This document shows positions 1-8,566 of a stretch of 20,000 nt of DNA, piece after piece. Made by a program: the position numbers and the translations under genes. How positions within the stretch are numbered: the first letter of the stretch is position 1; every line of letters begins with the position of its first letter. The stretch lies in the IMG/VR virus record IMGVR_UViG_3300022845_000001; one strand, written 5' to 3'. The notes below the pieces were generated by a model. That model searched no databases. It was not told the DNA's origin and saw only the letters and a list, made by a program, of their open reading frames with translations. The DNA comes from an uncultured virus (IMG/VR IMGVR_UViG_3300022845_000001) (taxonomy: Duplodnaviria > Heunggongvirae > Uroviricota > Caudoviricetes).

Positions 1-32
1 GCCCTACATAGCCATTTGCTGAAATCTATCAT
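1..32 (-). CDS. 5' fragment of a probable YqaJ/lambda-exonuclease-like protein (runs off the window)
   Basis: ATG at 32 overlaps the stop of the upstream ORF (ATGA) and reads MIDFSKWLCR. The N-terminus and the position after a candidate annealing protein fit a phage exonuclease, but only 10 codons are visible. Confidence 0.35.
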   Translation of the reverse strand, partial: MIDFSKWLCR

Positions 33-922
33 TCCCCTCCTAATTTTATCCACTTGGCTTTCCACGCAAGTTCGGTTTCAGGTGTTAAGTTATCTTTAAG
101 CATTTCAAGATCATCTAAGGTTTCGGCTTTCTCTATGAAAGAAGATACCCTTTCAGATTCTTCATCTTTTTGTGATGGCTTATTACGCTTTGGCCTAAAA
201 GTTTGCTCTACAGTAGTGTCTCCGTCCTTAATAGCTTGAGCAACACCTATAAGCGTTACTAAGTCGTCTTTGTCAATATTATCCTTTTTAGGCTTACCCA
301 TTAAGGTTAATAACTCTTGCTCAGTAACGCTTAACTTGTCTGAAAACATAGAGAAAACATCATCTCTACGTTTAATCATCTTTGCCTCGTCTGATATGTC
401 TCCAGTGATTAAGGCTTTGGCTGCATTGTAGACCTTATCAACAATTGATTTTGGAACTACTGATAATATAGCATTTCTCATTGCGATGGCATTTGCTGCG
501 TTACCCGTTACAGTTATCATATCATCATTCATCCTTCCTTTTTTGGTCATGATAGACCTCTTTACTTCAATCTTAATCGCTAAGTTATTCTCAAGATCAA
601 ATGCTACTGCCTGAGAAGTTATTGTGCCTGAATCAATTGATGAAATACTTGCTTCTACCCTCATATTTCCCCATGTCTGAGCGATAATCTTCGCCAAATG
701 AACACTTGGTCCAGAAATAGTTTTACCACCTCTAGGAAGGGAATAGTTACAGGTCTGTGCTGTTTCTTCATCCATTGTTGCTGTAGCAATTGCATTGTTC
801 AATGATCTCTTAATATCTCTAGGATATGCATGAGCAGTTGCTACTTGAGCATTTATAGCTCCCTCTTCTTTATTTATAGGGATAGTTGATTGCTCTACTG
901 TTAATTCGTTTAAGTCTTCCAT
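29..922 (-). CDS. Conserved phage protein, candidate ssDNA-annealing (recombination) protein, 297 aa
   Basis: Motifs AYPRD, YSLPRGGKTISGPSVHLA and WGN recall a widespread phage family. It is coupled to a probable exonuclease and lies near ssb. Confidence 0.55.
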   Translation of the reverse strand: MEDLNELTVEQSTIPINKEEGAINAQVATAHAYPRDIKRSLNNAIATATMDEETAQTCNYSLPRGGKTISGPSVHLAKIIAQTWGNMRVEASISSIDSGTITSQAVAFDLENNLAIKIEVKRSIMTKKGRMNDDMITVTGNAANAIAMRNAILSVVPKSIVDKVYNAAKALITGDISDEAKMIKRRDDVFSMFSDKLSVTEQELLTLMGKPKKDNIDKDDLVTLIGVAQAIKDGDTTVEQTFRPKRNKPSQKDEESERVSSFIEKAETLDDLEMLKDNLTPETELAWKAKWIKLGGE

Positions 923-932
923 TTTTTTTTAC

Positions 933-1145
933 TTATTTTAAGTTATCTATTTTTTTTAACCAACCTTCTACGATTACCGTTTTTAGGGTTACACAGGATT
1001 GCCAAGATTTACTCCCATTATGATATCGGCATGACTGAAAACCCACAAGCGGAACAAAGGCTATAGCAAAACCTAAGTTATCATCTAAGGTCGGTGGATT
1101 GTCTGCGGATTCTAATATGAATGTTAATTTATCTCCGTTTTTCAT
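933..1145 (-). CDS. Hypothetical protein, 70 aa
   Basis: ORF fits the minus-strand operon with an ATGA overlap. Confidence 0.6.
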   Translation of the reverse strand: MKNGDKLTFILESADNPPTLDDNLGFAIAFVPLVGFQSCRYHNGSKSWQSCVTLKTVIVEGWLKKIDNLK

Positions 1146-1432
1146 TTGTAATGTGATGTTTTAAGATTTTTAACAAATAATACCAAAGATTTACCGGATA
1201 ATTCCTTGATTTTATGGGCTGATTCAGCGTCCGCACAAAGAACTTTACCGTGAAGACGTGATATATGATCTTCAAAAGATTCATCTGATAATTCACGTTT
1301 TGGGGAAAATAACTCTTTGATTACTTCCCTTCCGATAGATCTTACTTTCTTAACAGACCTACTAACAGCTATATAAGCTTTTAAGTCTCCCTTTTTTTTG
1401 TAATCAATTCTTGGAATTTTTACTGAAGTCAT
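1142..1432 (-). CDS. Hypothetical protein, 96 aa
   Basis: ORF in the tightly packed operon. Confidence 0.65.
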   Translation of the reverse strand: MTSVKIPRIDYKKKGDLKAYIAVSRSVKKVRSIGREVIKELFSPKRELSDESFEDHISRLHGKVLCADAESAHKIKELSGKSLVLFVKNLKTSHYK

Positions 1433-1709
1433 ATTTCATAGATTTTAAAATTTCAACTTTATCCTGTTTCATTTGTACGAATAACTCCCTAAGAACCATC
1501 TTATGAAACTCTTCATTGTACATGTTTTTGTTTGTGACTTGACTTATTTCAATTCCTGCCAACTGTAAGTTCGAATAAAGCTCATGAGTGGTTATTTTAG
1601 CTCTTCTTGCAAACGTACAGTAACTATTGTAGTCACTATGTATTGCATAAATTAAGAGGTTATTTACCCTTGATCTTTCTCCGTACAGGAATTTGATTAA
1701 TTTCTCCAT
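1404..1709 (-). CDS. Hypothetical protein, 101 aa, possible HTH-like segment
   Basis: First gene after promoter copy P1. YCTFARRAKITTHELY is weakly HTH-like. Confidence 0.6.
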   Translation of the reverse strand: MEKLIKFLYGERSRVNNLLIYAIHSDYNSYCTFARRAKITTHELYSNLQLAGIEISQVTNKNMYNEEFHKMVLRELFVQMKQDKVEILKSMKYDFSKNSKN

Positions 1710-1714
1710 AACGC

Positions 1715-1783
1715 TAAGTTTAATATCTCCAACTATAATAACAAATCCTATTATTTAAACAGTCAAGTTATTACATGAGTGGT
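1715..1783 (-). promoter_or_regulatory. Paired-repeat promoter P1
   Basis: Plus-strand TTAAACAGT (1755-1763) and ATGAGTGGT (1775-1783), 20-bp period. Weak -7-like TAAACTTA (minus) at 1715-1722. Confidence 0.55.
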
Positions 1784-1791
1784 ATTTAATG

Positions 1792-2364
1792 CTATCTACG
1801 TATTCCAAAATCAGTTTTTCTAATCTTGCACATTCTTCCATCGTTTTTATGATGAAAAACAATTCCTTCAATGTCTACCATTTCTAAATATTGTTTTAAG
1901 TTTTCAAAATTTAATGGGTAAACTAATCCTTCTAAAACCTTATTTCCATGTTTAATTAAACAATTACCTTCTATTTTTTCTGGATTACCTTGTACTCTTT
2001 CACCACACAATTCATAAGAACCATCCATTAACTTCATTCCTTTTTCAATTTCCAATAAATCAAAAGCTTCAAAGTGGTATTTGTTGCTTTTATCTTCTCG
2101 CTCACATTTCACCCAATGAGGGTGATGCCCTGTAATTACATCGGCCTTTTGACATTCAATTGCTCCATCTGGAACCTTTCTGCCTTTTTTTAAATTATAC
2201 CTTTTATATAATTCCCCATTAATTATAGCACAAGCAGACCCATCATATTTCCGAGTAGGTATACCCTCACCATCAAACACCCATTGGTTTTCTGGGTTTA
2301 CCTCATTAATTACCCTCCCTAAATCTTGTGGGTATTTTTTAAACAATGTGCTTATTTTTTTCAT
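1792..2364 (-). CDS. ATP-dependent RNA ligase-like nucleotidyltransferase (DUF5565 / RLIG1-C12orf29-like), 190 aa
   Basis: Motif I TRKYDGS, motif III GSYELCG, motif IV IEGIVF and motif V MCKIR, plus HHPHW and QGNP. No OB domain. Confidence 0.8.
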   Translation of the reverse strand: MKKISTLFKKYPQDLGRVINEVNPENQWVFDGEGIPTRKYDGSACAIINGELYKRYNLKKGRKVPDGAIECQKADVITGHHPHWVKCEREDKSNKYHFEAFDLLEIEKGMKLMDGSYELCGERVQGNPEKIEGNCLIKHGNKVLEGLVYPLNFENLKQYLEMVDIEGIVFHHKNDGRMCKIRKTDFGIRR

Positions 2365-2376
2365 TCTATTTAAGTT

Positions 2377-2748
2377 TTAATATTTAGCTAATTCAATGTG
2401 ACAACTTTTAATCTGATCTATTGTAGTAGATTTAGTCAAGTCCTGTGGCGTATATCTAAGAAGCCTCCACCCTAGTTCTGCCATGCTATTATACTTTTCC
2501 ATGTCTCCAACAAATCCAGAGCCTCTAGTATGTCCTCCATTATCCCATACACCACCCTCCACTTCAATAGCTAATTTTATATCAGGGTATGAAAAGTCAA
2601 TTCTCCATTTTCTAACCGGATGGAAGATGAACTCTCGAACAGGTTTAGATATTTCCTGTGTAAGAAGCCTTTCAAATAGAGAATATGACTCTTCAATCTC
2701 ACCGACAACCATCTTTTTTTTGATGGAATTTCTAGTCCATTTGGCCAT
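2377..2748 (-). CDS. Vsr/DUF559-like PD-(D/E)xK endonuclease-fold protein
   Basis: EFIFHPVRKWRIDF...LAIEVEGGVW..GGH...DMEKYN...GWRLLR. Confidence 0.85.
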   Translation of the reverse strand: MAKWTRNSIKKKMVVGEIEESYSLFERLLTQEISKPVREFIFHPVRKWRIDFSYPDIKLAIEVEGGVWDNGGHTRGSGFVGDMEKYNSMAELGWRLLRYTPQDLTKSTTIDQIKSCHIELAKY

Positions 2749-2754
2749 TATTTT

Positions 2755-3147
2755 TTAAAATGGCAAATCATCTTGCTCATCATTAGGTGTAGCTGTTTTC
2801 TTTGGTGCTGAATTACCCTCCGTGTTATTGCCTCCCAACATAGTCAAAGAGTTTACAACCACCTTAGTCACTCGCTTTTTAATCCCGTCTTTTTCATATT
2901 CTTGGTAGTCTAGCTTACCCTCTATGTAGATAGAATTTCCTTTGGAGACATATTGTTCTACAATATCTGCCAGCTTATTAAAAAAAGTAAGTTGGTGCCA
3001 TGATGTTTTCTCTTTCTTTTCACCATTTTTATCTTTCCATGTTTCAGATGTCGCCAAAGATAGACTTGCTACCTTCACAGTTCCTGTTCTTATCTCAGGA
3101 TCTTGACCTACATTACCGATTAATATTACTTTGTTTACTCCTGTCAT
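2755..3147 (-). CDS. ssb: Single-stranded DNA-binding protein
   Basis: VNKVILIGNVGQDPE, LATSETWKD, KGNSIYIEGKL, acidic tail DDLPF. Confidence 0.97.
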   Translation of the reverse strand: MTGVNKVILIGNVGQDPEIRTGTVKVASLSLATSETWKDKNGEKKEKTSWHQLTFFNKLADIVEQYVSKGNSIYIEGKLDYQEYEKDGIKKRVTKVVVNSLTMLGGNNTEGNSAPKKTATPNDEQDDLPF

Positions 3148-4301
3148 TACATTTTATTTATTTGAATATTTGCCCATGCCTTAAACCCATTGAATTTATT
3201 CAGGATCTCATTGTAAACCAATTGAGCCTCTTTGTCTACATCCATTTCAGGAAGGATTAATTCATCTAAAGCCTTCCTGATTTTCTGTTTTGCAGGAGCC
3301 TTATTTAATTCTTCTTGAGCCATTCTTTCAGCCTCAGCAGATTCTGCCTCTTTCTTTAATCGGTCAGCTTCTTTTTTGTCCCGATCTTCTTTTTCTTTTC
3401 TGGCTTTTTGTCTCTCAGCTTCTAAATCCTTTTGAAGTTTAGCCTGTCGATCTTCATTTACCTTCCTTTCAGCATCTTCTTTTTGCTTACGGATTAGTTC
3501 TGCCTTTTCTCTTGCTTCTGCCTCTTTCTTTAATCGGTCAACTTCTTCTTCTCGTTCCTTTTTAAGTCTCTCATTTTCGATTCTTACCTTTTCATCTTCA
3601 TCCTCCTTGAATTTTTTCTTGGCTTTTAATTCAGAAACCCAAATATCGAATTCTTCGTCTGATATCTCTTGTAATTTTGGCCCTGTTTCAAAAAAATCAT
3701 AGTAAGGACGTAAAATATCAGACCTTTTAGCCTGTAACAATTCTTTCCTCTCAAACTCTAACCTTATTTCCTCTTCTTCATTTAAGGCTTGAATTTTAGC
3801 CTCATATTCAGATTTTGCACCATTTAACACATGGCCAAATACCTCGTCTGTCATTATATCTAATCCTGAAGGCTCAAAGTCCATGTACTCAGACAGTTGC
3901 TCCCACCTATTAGCTTTTACTTCTTCTTTCCTTTTTTGCTCAAGAAGTTGCACATACTTTTCCTTTTCTTCTGCTTTAGACTCAAGGGCTTTGTACTCTC
4001 CCTCGATGAATTGAAATGATTTCATCCATGCATGATCAAGCAAATCAAAATGAAGCTTTTCTGCCTTAATGCTGGATCTGTTTTTTTCCGTTAATCGTTT
4101 GGCCTCGCCTCTCTCATTTTTAAGGAACAGACGTGCTTGTCGTGCCTTTGTGAGTGATTCCTTATCATCGACATCCTTAATTTCTAGGTCGTCAATGATT
4201 TTTGAATACTCCTGAATTTTCTCTAAAAATTCTTCGAAGGAACCCTTTATTGCTAATTGGTTCTCTTTACTGACTTCTGATAATGCTAGTTCTAAGCTCA
4301 T
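3147..4301 (-). CDS. Large E/K/R-rich coiled-coil phage protein, 384 aa
   Basis: Long charged helical tracts; translationally coupled to ssb. Confidence 0.75.
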   Translation of the reverse strand: MSLELALSEVSKENQLAIKGSFEEFLEKIQEYSKIIDDLEIKDVDDKESLTKARQARLFLKNERGEAKRLTEKNRSSIKAEKLHFDLLDHAWMKSFQFIEGEYKALESKAEEKEKYVQLLEQKRKEEVKANRWEQLSEYMDFEPSGLDIMTDEVFGHVLNGAKSEYEAKIQALNEEEEIRLEFERKELLQAKRSDILRPYYDFFETGPKLQEISDEEFDIWVSELKAKKKFKEDEDEKVRIENERLKKEREEEVDRLKKEAEAREKAELIRKQKEDAERKVNEDRQAKLQKDLEAERQKARKEKEDRDKKEADRLKKEAESAEAERMAQEELNKAPAKQKIRKALDELILPEMDVDKEAQLVYNEILNKFNGFKAWANIQINKM

Positions 4302-4317
4302 GTTTGATTTATGTTTG

Positions 4318-4641
4318 TTAAAATTCTTTTCCTTCGTACTTAATTAGATACTCTCTTCTTATTTCATCCTGACGTTCTATGAATGCGGGATATGTTTCTT
4401 GTTTATCATGCTCTTCCGGTGTCATTAGAATTATATTCTCAGGGTTTAGCTTGTATTTAGAGTATTTGCCTTTCCCTAAAATATGCCCAAACTGGAAATG
4501 CCATTTAAAATTTCCTTTTGGTAATAAAGGTGAAGATGTCAATTCTGATAAATGTTCCCTTTCTTCCCAAACTATGTTAAATAACTGAGATTGATTTTTG
4601 ATTAGTATTCCCTTGTACAGGAATGGTGGGTCTTTTTTCAT
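4318..4641 (-). CDS. HNH-like (NinG-type) nuclease
   Basis: GHILGKG...LNPENIILMTPEEH gives an H-N-H pattern lacking the CxxC pairs. Confidence 0.65.
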   Translation of the reverse strand: MKKDPPFLYKGILIKNQSQLFNIVWEEREHLSELTSSPLLPKGNFKWHFQFGHILGKGKYSKYKLNPENIILMTPEEHDKQETYPAFIERQDEIRREYLIKYEGKEF

Positions 4642-4645
4642 TATA

Positions 4646-4822
4646 TTAATCTTCTAGTAATAAAATAGGGTTATCTAAGTACCATTTCCAATGTCCAGCT
4701 TTCCATAAGTTAGGGTTTTTAATGTCCAAAGAATCAGTAGGTGGATATCCAGTTTTAGCATTGGATACTAATTTATCTACATGGTCTTTGTGAAGAGAGT
4801 ACCATATACTCGCCTTTTTCAT
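4646..4822 (-). CDS. Hypothetical protein, 58 aa (not in ORF track)
   Basis: Hand translation MKKASIWYSLHKDH...WKWYLDNPILLLED fills the gap. Confidence 0.6.
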   Translation of the reverse strand: MKKASIWYSLHKDHVDKLVSNAKTGYPPTDSLDIKNPNLWKAGHWKWYLDNPILLLED

Positions 4823-4834
4823 AACATTAGTTAT

Positions 4835-5041
4835 TTAAATTTTATTGTATAAATCTAATGATTCTAAGCAATCATGACAGGTTGTATCATTCATTGGTTC
4901 CTTACAATAATCACACACATTCCTTTTTAGTAAAAATTCAATCCCTGCTAAAAATCCTTCGCCAAAATAAGCATTACATCCAGCCTTTTTATAAGATTCA
5001 TTTAATGCTTCTTCAATTTCTTGTTTTGTTAGCTTTTCCAT
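4835..5041 (-). CDS. Small protein with C-terminal zinc ribbon
   Basis: CDYC...CHDC. Confidence 0.65.
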   Translation of the reverse strand: MEKLTKQEIEEALNESYKKAGCNAYFGEGFLAGIEFLLKRNVCDYCKEPMNDTTCHDCLESLDLYNKI

Positions 5042-5067
5042 AATTCAGTTTGGTTTAATATTTAATA

Positions 5068-5463
5068 CTATCCGTCAGAATATCTACAGTACTTTTTTTC
5101 AAGACTCCTTAATCCTATGATTGTGTCTGCCATCGTTTCTAAATCCGGATAATAGTGGTACCCATAGTTTCCTGTTTCATCGTCACCGTAATACAAGTGC
5201 ATGATACCATCAAAAAAAGCAATTCCATGAAAAACACATTCAACCATGCAGTATTCTTTATGCCACTCATTTTTTTCAGTTTGATCATTACATATATGAC
5301 CATATTTCTCTACAGCGTAGAAATTAAATCCAAGCCCTTTTTTTTCGTTAGGCTTGTAGTATATTCTAACGTCACTATTTTTTATTTTTAAAAACTCCCA
5401 TCCACAAATTTCTTCATTTGGGTAAAATACTTGTCTTACATCTTTCAAATAAACATCATTCAT
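5068..5463 (-). CDS. Hypothetical protein, 131 aa
   Basis: ORF with an A-rich leader; FHGIAFFDGIMHLYYG core. Confidence 0.75.
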   Translation of the reverse strand: MNDVYLKDVRQVFYPNEEICGWEFLKIKNSDVRIYYKPNEKKGLGFNFYAVEKYGHICNDQTEKNEWHKEYCMVECVFHGIAFFDGIMHLYYGDDETGNYGYHYYPDLETMADTIIGLRSLEKKYCRYSDG

Positions 5464-5487
5464 GCTATTCGTTTTTAGTTTAAGTTG

Positions 5488-5583
5488 TCATAATTTCAAA
5501 GCCCAAAGTAATACCTCTACAAAAAGAAACCATCCTGCATACAGGAGTGCCAATGTAACTATCATCCTAATAGTTTTCTTCAT
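5488..5583 (-). CDS. Small membrane peptide, 31 aa (not in ORF track)
   Basis: MKKTIRMIVTLALLYAGWFLFVEVLLWALKL; ATG overlaps the upstream stop (TAATG). Confidence 0.5.
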   Translation of the reverse strand: MKKTIRMIVTLALLYAGWFLFVEVLLWALKL

Positions 5584-5855
5584 TACACCTTTTCAAAAAC
5601 GTGAAAAACTAAACTTCCATTATATAATTTGTATGTGCCTAAATAAACCCTATCTATGTCAGATTTTAAAGAATATACTGTTGCGACTTTTTCTTCAAAA
5701 AATCTTTTCTCTGTTAACGTTAATGGATCAACTAAAGCCCATAAGCAGGGGAATCCATTTTGTGCTTGAACTGTTAATATTTCTGCACCAATAGGCATAT
5801 CAATAGTGTCACTTTCTATCATATCTAATTCAAATTTCCAAATTTCTTTTTTCAT
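5583..5855 (-). CDS. Conserved phage hypothetical protein, 90 aa
   Basis: IWKF...MPIGAEILTVQAQ..CLWALVDP...YLGT..GSLVFHVFE is a recurrent phage family pattern. Confidence 0.8.
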   Translation of the reverse strand: MKKEIWKFELDMIESDTIDMPIGAEILTVQAQNGFPCLWALVDPLTLTEKRFFEEKVATVYSLKSDIDRVYLGTYKLYNGSLVFHVFEKV

Positions 5856-5858
5856 GGT

Positions 5859-6089
5859 TTATTCATTTAAAAGGTCATTTGCTAAAGTTCCATGTTTTAG
5901 CACGTTCTTCAATGTAGATCCTGAACAATTCACATGAAATGAGTCAATCCAGTGATCATCGTCAACCTCTGATGGATAATTACCGAATCTTTCAAAGTAT
6001 TCATATTCAGCATCGTGAAGTAATCTTAAATACTCCCCATGTGTTTTATTTAACTTTACAAGAAGTGTTTCAAATTTTCTATCTGTCAT
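5859..6089 (-). CDS. Hypothetical protein, 76 aa
   Basis: ORF with an ATGA overlap. Confidence 0.7.
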   Translation of the reverse strand: MTDRKFETLLVKLNKTHGEYLRLLHDAEYEYFERFGNYPSEVDDDHWIDSFHVNCSGSTLKNVLKHGTLANDLLNE

Positions 6090-6334
6090 GGATTATCATT
6101 TAAAAGGTCATCAATTTCATTTTCTATAAAATCCTCGGCAATCAATTTATCAATATGTTCTGGATCTATTAGAAATCGAAAGTCTAATGAGACATAATAT
6201 TCCTTTACTACAAGGGTGCCTTCATGATTTGTTGTACCGGAATAGGTTGTCATGTTTTTTTGTGTCCCGTTTTTAAGTCCCAGCTTCAGAAGCTGGATGA
6301 ATTTCTTCTTGTCGCTTTTTGTAATTATATTCAT
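6086..6334 (-). CDS. Hypothetical protein, 82 aa (start revised to MNIITK)
   Basis: AAAACC-ATG leader at 6334 with an ATGA overlap to the upstream gene. Confidence 0.7.
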   Translation of the reverse strand: MNIITKSDKKKFIQLLKLGLKNGTQKNMTTYSGTTNHEGTLVVKEYYVSLDFRFLIDPEHIDKLIAEDFIENEIDDLLNDNP

Positions 6335-6531
6335 GGTTTTATTTTTAAAGGGTTCCATTCTCTGTTTTGGCTATCCCATTCATATTCTTCCCTCTTGTCT
6401 CCATTAGCATAGAAGTCTAAAGCCCTTACTGATCCACCACCATAACCAGCGTTATTCATCGCTTCATGGGGTTCATTACCTTTTACTACTTCAGAATGAC
6501 CAGTAAGCCAAAATAATGTGAATTCTTTCAT
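6331..6531 (-). CDS. Hypothetical protein, 66 aa
   Basis: AAAACC-ATG leader; FTLFWLTG...AGYGGGSVRALDFY. Confidence 0.75.
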   Translation of the reverse strand: MKEFTLFWLTGHSEVVKGNEPHEAMNNAGYGGGSVRALDFYANGDKREEYEWDSQNREWNPLKIKP

Positions 6532-6613
6532 GGTTTTATTTTTAGTGATTACAGCAACTAATATTAGCTAATAGTTGTAAAATATTAAAACGATTTTATA
6601 ACAATGTATAAAA

Positions 6614-6790
6614 TCAATTAATTATTACATCTTGCCTATAGCTTTTCTTAGTGCATCCATCACGCTCACAACAATAATGGTTTGTTTTAGTACCATCTCT
6701 TAGCACTTCAACATAAACCTTTTTGCCATCCCTTTCGCAGAGTTCGCTTGTATCTACCCATTTACTTTCTTTATGTATTCTATATTCCAT
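6614..6790 (-). CDS. Hypothetical Cys-containing protein, 58 aa (not in ORF track)
   Basis: MEYRIHKESKWVDTSELCERDG...HYCCERDGC... Confidence 0.5.
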   Translation of the reverse strand: MEYRIHKESKWVDTSELCERDGKKVYVEVLRDGTKTNHYCCERDGCTKKSYRQDVIIN

Positions 6791-6794
6791 AATT

Positions 6795-6872
6795 TCAATT
6801 TTTAATGTAGTTCAGAACAACCAGTATGGTTATCGCTGAAATTACTAATGCTACTTCAATTACCTTTCTCAT
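6795..6872 (-). CDS. Small membrane peptide, 25 aa (not in ORF track)
   Basis: MRKVIEVALVISAITILVVLNYIKN fills the gap. Confidence 0.4.
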   Translation of the reverse strand: MRKVIEVALVISAITILVVLNYIKN

Positions 6873-6888
6873 AAATTTAATGATTAAA

Positions 6889-7107
6889 TCATTCGCCCGA
6901 AAGAGTTATTTGATAAACGGGCAAATCGTTGTTTGGACGGTTAATAGTATCGTTTTCTATTTTTATTTCGATTAAACCAATTAAGGTACACGCTAGGTAT
7001 CCACTATAAAAAGCAACAATAATAGAGGACTTTATTAATCCGGCATAGTAAAAACCCAAAACGAACAATACATCTATTAATAATGCGATACATACCACCC
7101 AGATCAT
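6889..7107 (-). CDS. Membrane protein, 72 aa (two TM segments)
   Basis: Two hydrophobic stretches; ATGA overlap. Confidence 0.55.
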   Translation of the reverse strand: MIWVVCIALLIDVLFVLGFYYAGLIKSSIIVAFYSGYLACTLIGLIEIKIENDTINRPNNDLPVYQITLSGE

Positions 7108-7319
7108 AACATTAAAGATTTAGCCTTATTAATGTAATCCTGATGAAAAGGACAGTCCTCTAGGTATATATGAAACCAACTCCTTTGCCTTTGAGACATC
7201 TTAGATACAAGGTTTCTTGCTGTTTCTTCTTCCTTGCCTATAATAGAGTCTAGGATCAATTCAAAGACCCCATTAATGTTTTCGTATTCAAGCTGCTTTA
7301 TTTCTTTTTTACTTATCAT
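7104..7319 (-). CDS. Hypothetical protein, 71 aa
   Basis: ORF; N-terminus MISKKEI is shared with 7490-7843. Confidence 0.7.
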   Translation of the reverse strand: MISKKEIKQLEYENINGVFELILDSIIGKEEETARNLVSKMSQRQRSWFHIYLEDCPFHQDYINKAKSLML

Positions 7320-7500
7320 TTTTCTCTTTGGTTTCCTTTATAATGGTGTAAAACTCTTCGTGATTTAAATTAATATTAAGTCCATAATCCAACTTATCAA
7401 TTACTCTTTCAGTTTTTCCGGTCACATCGAAACTTTTTACAACTTCATCTGTACCGAACTCCCTTATTTCTATATGTTTTTCCATCTTGTTAAACATCAT
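7309..7500 (-). CDS. Hypothetical protein, 63 aa
   Basis: ORF in the operon. Confidence 0.7.
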   Translation of the reverse strand: MMFNKMEKHIEIREFGTDEVVKSFDVTGKTERVIDKLDYGLNINLNHEEFYTIIKETKEKNDK

Positions 7501-7843
7501 CCTTCTTGTTAATTACTGCTTTTTGTAATCGTTCTAACATACCCAGCCCCAATTCAAGCATTTCTTTACCAGTATGTTCCATAGAAGGAAAACTTGATGG
7601 GAAAAATTTATACCTATTATAGTGCCTAATAAAAAATCTAAGCACCATTATTTCTAGTTCGCAACTAATAAAATGAATACGAAACATATCATTTTCAGGG
7701 TTATCTGTTTCAGTATATAAATACATAATCCTTTCTTCCATTTCATGAAAAGCATCTTTTGTGTCCTTGTGATTATTTATCACAAAATAACATCTACTTA
7801 CTGATGAATACATATATCTATTTATTTCTTTTTTGCTTATCAT
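7490..7843 (-). CDS. Hypothetical protein, 117 aa
   Basis: ORF in the operon. Confidence 0.7.
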   Translation of the reverse strand: MISKKEINRYMYSSVSRCYFVINNHKDTKDAFHEMEERIMYLYTETDNPENDMFRIHFISCELEIMVLRFFIRHYNRYKFFPSSFPSMEHTGKEMLELGLGMLERLQKAVINKKDDV

Positions 7844-7893
7844 ATTGTATTTGAATTTTAAATAGGATTAACTTTATTCTGATGTTAGTGGTG

Positions 7894-8079
7894 TTAAGCG
7901 CAAACCTCTAGTAACACCCATTCCCATTTTGGTTTATTTTTCATCGCTATTGTCTTTTTACAATCTGCGATACTCATTGGTTCAGTTTCCCATAGGATTC
8001 TTTTATCTCCCAAAATTTGAGCAGGGAGGTACATTTTTTCTTGTGAAACTTTTACTTTTTCAATTCTATACTCTTTCAT
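7894..8079 (-). CDS. Hypothetical protein, 61 aa (start revised to MKEYRIEK)
   Basis: AAAACC-ATG leader at 8079. Confidence 0.7.
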   Translation of the reverse strand: MKEYRIEKVKVSQEKMYLPAQILGDKRILWETEPMSIADCKKTIAMKNKPKWEWVLLEVCA

Positions 8080-8135
8080 GGTTTTATTTTGTGTTTGAAT
8101 TTTAAATAAATAATAAGTGATGAAACCCCTACTAC

Positions 8136-8294
8136 TCATACAAGACTTATTAAAATATTGCCTTCTGGCCGTACCTCGACTATCTTAGGTATAATATCAT
8201 AGGATGGCCCATGATTCTTAACATAGTCAATACATTTTTTTGCTGTGCCTTCAAAGGCTACTGTGCTATCGAGTAAATCAATTACTTCGTACAT
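8136..8294 (-). CDS. Hypothetical protein, 52 aa (not in ORF track)
   Basis: MYEVIDLLDSTVAFEGTAKKCIDYV... fills the gap. Confidence 0.6.
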   Translation of the reverse strand: MYEVIDLLDSTVAFEGTAKKCIDYVKNHGPSYDIIPKIVEVRPEGNILISLV

Positions 8295-8305
8295 TTTCTT
8301 TTGGG

Positions 8306-8566
8306 TTAAATTTGAATTGTTAATTTTACATTTTGTTTTGGAGATGTCTCTATTGATCCATTTCCAATAGGATAAACACTAACTGAAAATGATTCATCGT
8401 ATAGGCAGTGGATGTCAAAAATATTATTGTTAATTTCAAAGCTTCCCCACCGGTCCAGATCTTCAAAATACATTTCTACGTCATGTACTTCGTTATCCAT
8501 TAAAACCATTATTTTTAGTTTCCTTGTGAATGGATTCACGGTTATGTCAAATGTTAGTTTTTTCAT
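8306..8566 (-). CDS. Hypothetical acidic protein, 86 aa
   Basis: ORF with an ATGA overlap. Confidence 0.7.
   Translation of the reverse strand: MKKLTFDITVNPFTRKLKIMVLMDNEVHDVEMYFEDLDRWGSFEINNNIFDIHCLYDESFSVSVYPIGNGSIETSPKQNVKLTIQI

Noticed and set aside
3300..3620. Repeats such as TCTGCCTCTTT(T/C)..TAATCGGTCA
   Set aside because: They reflect low-complexity coiled-coil coding (DRLKKEAE twice), not a DNA element.
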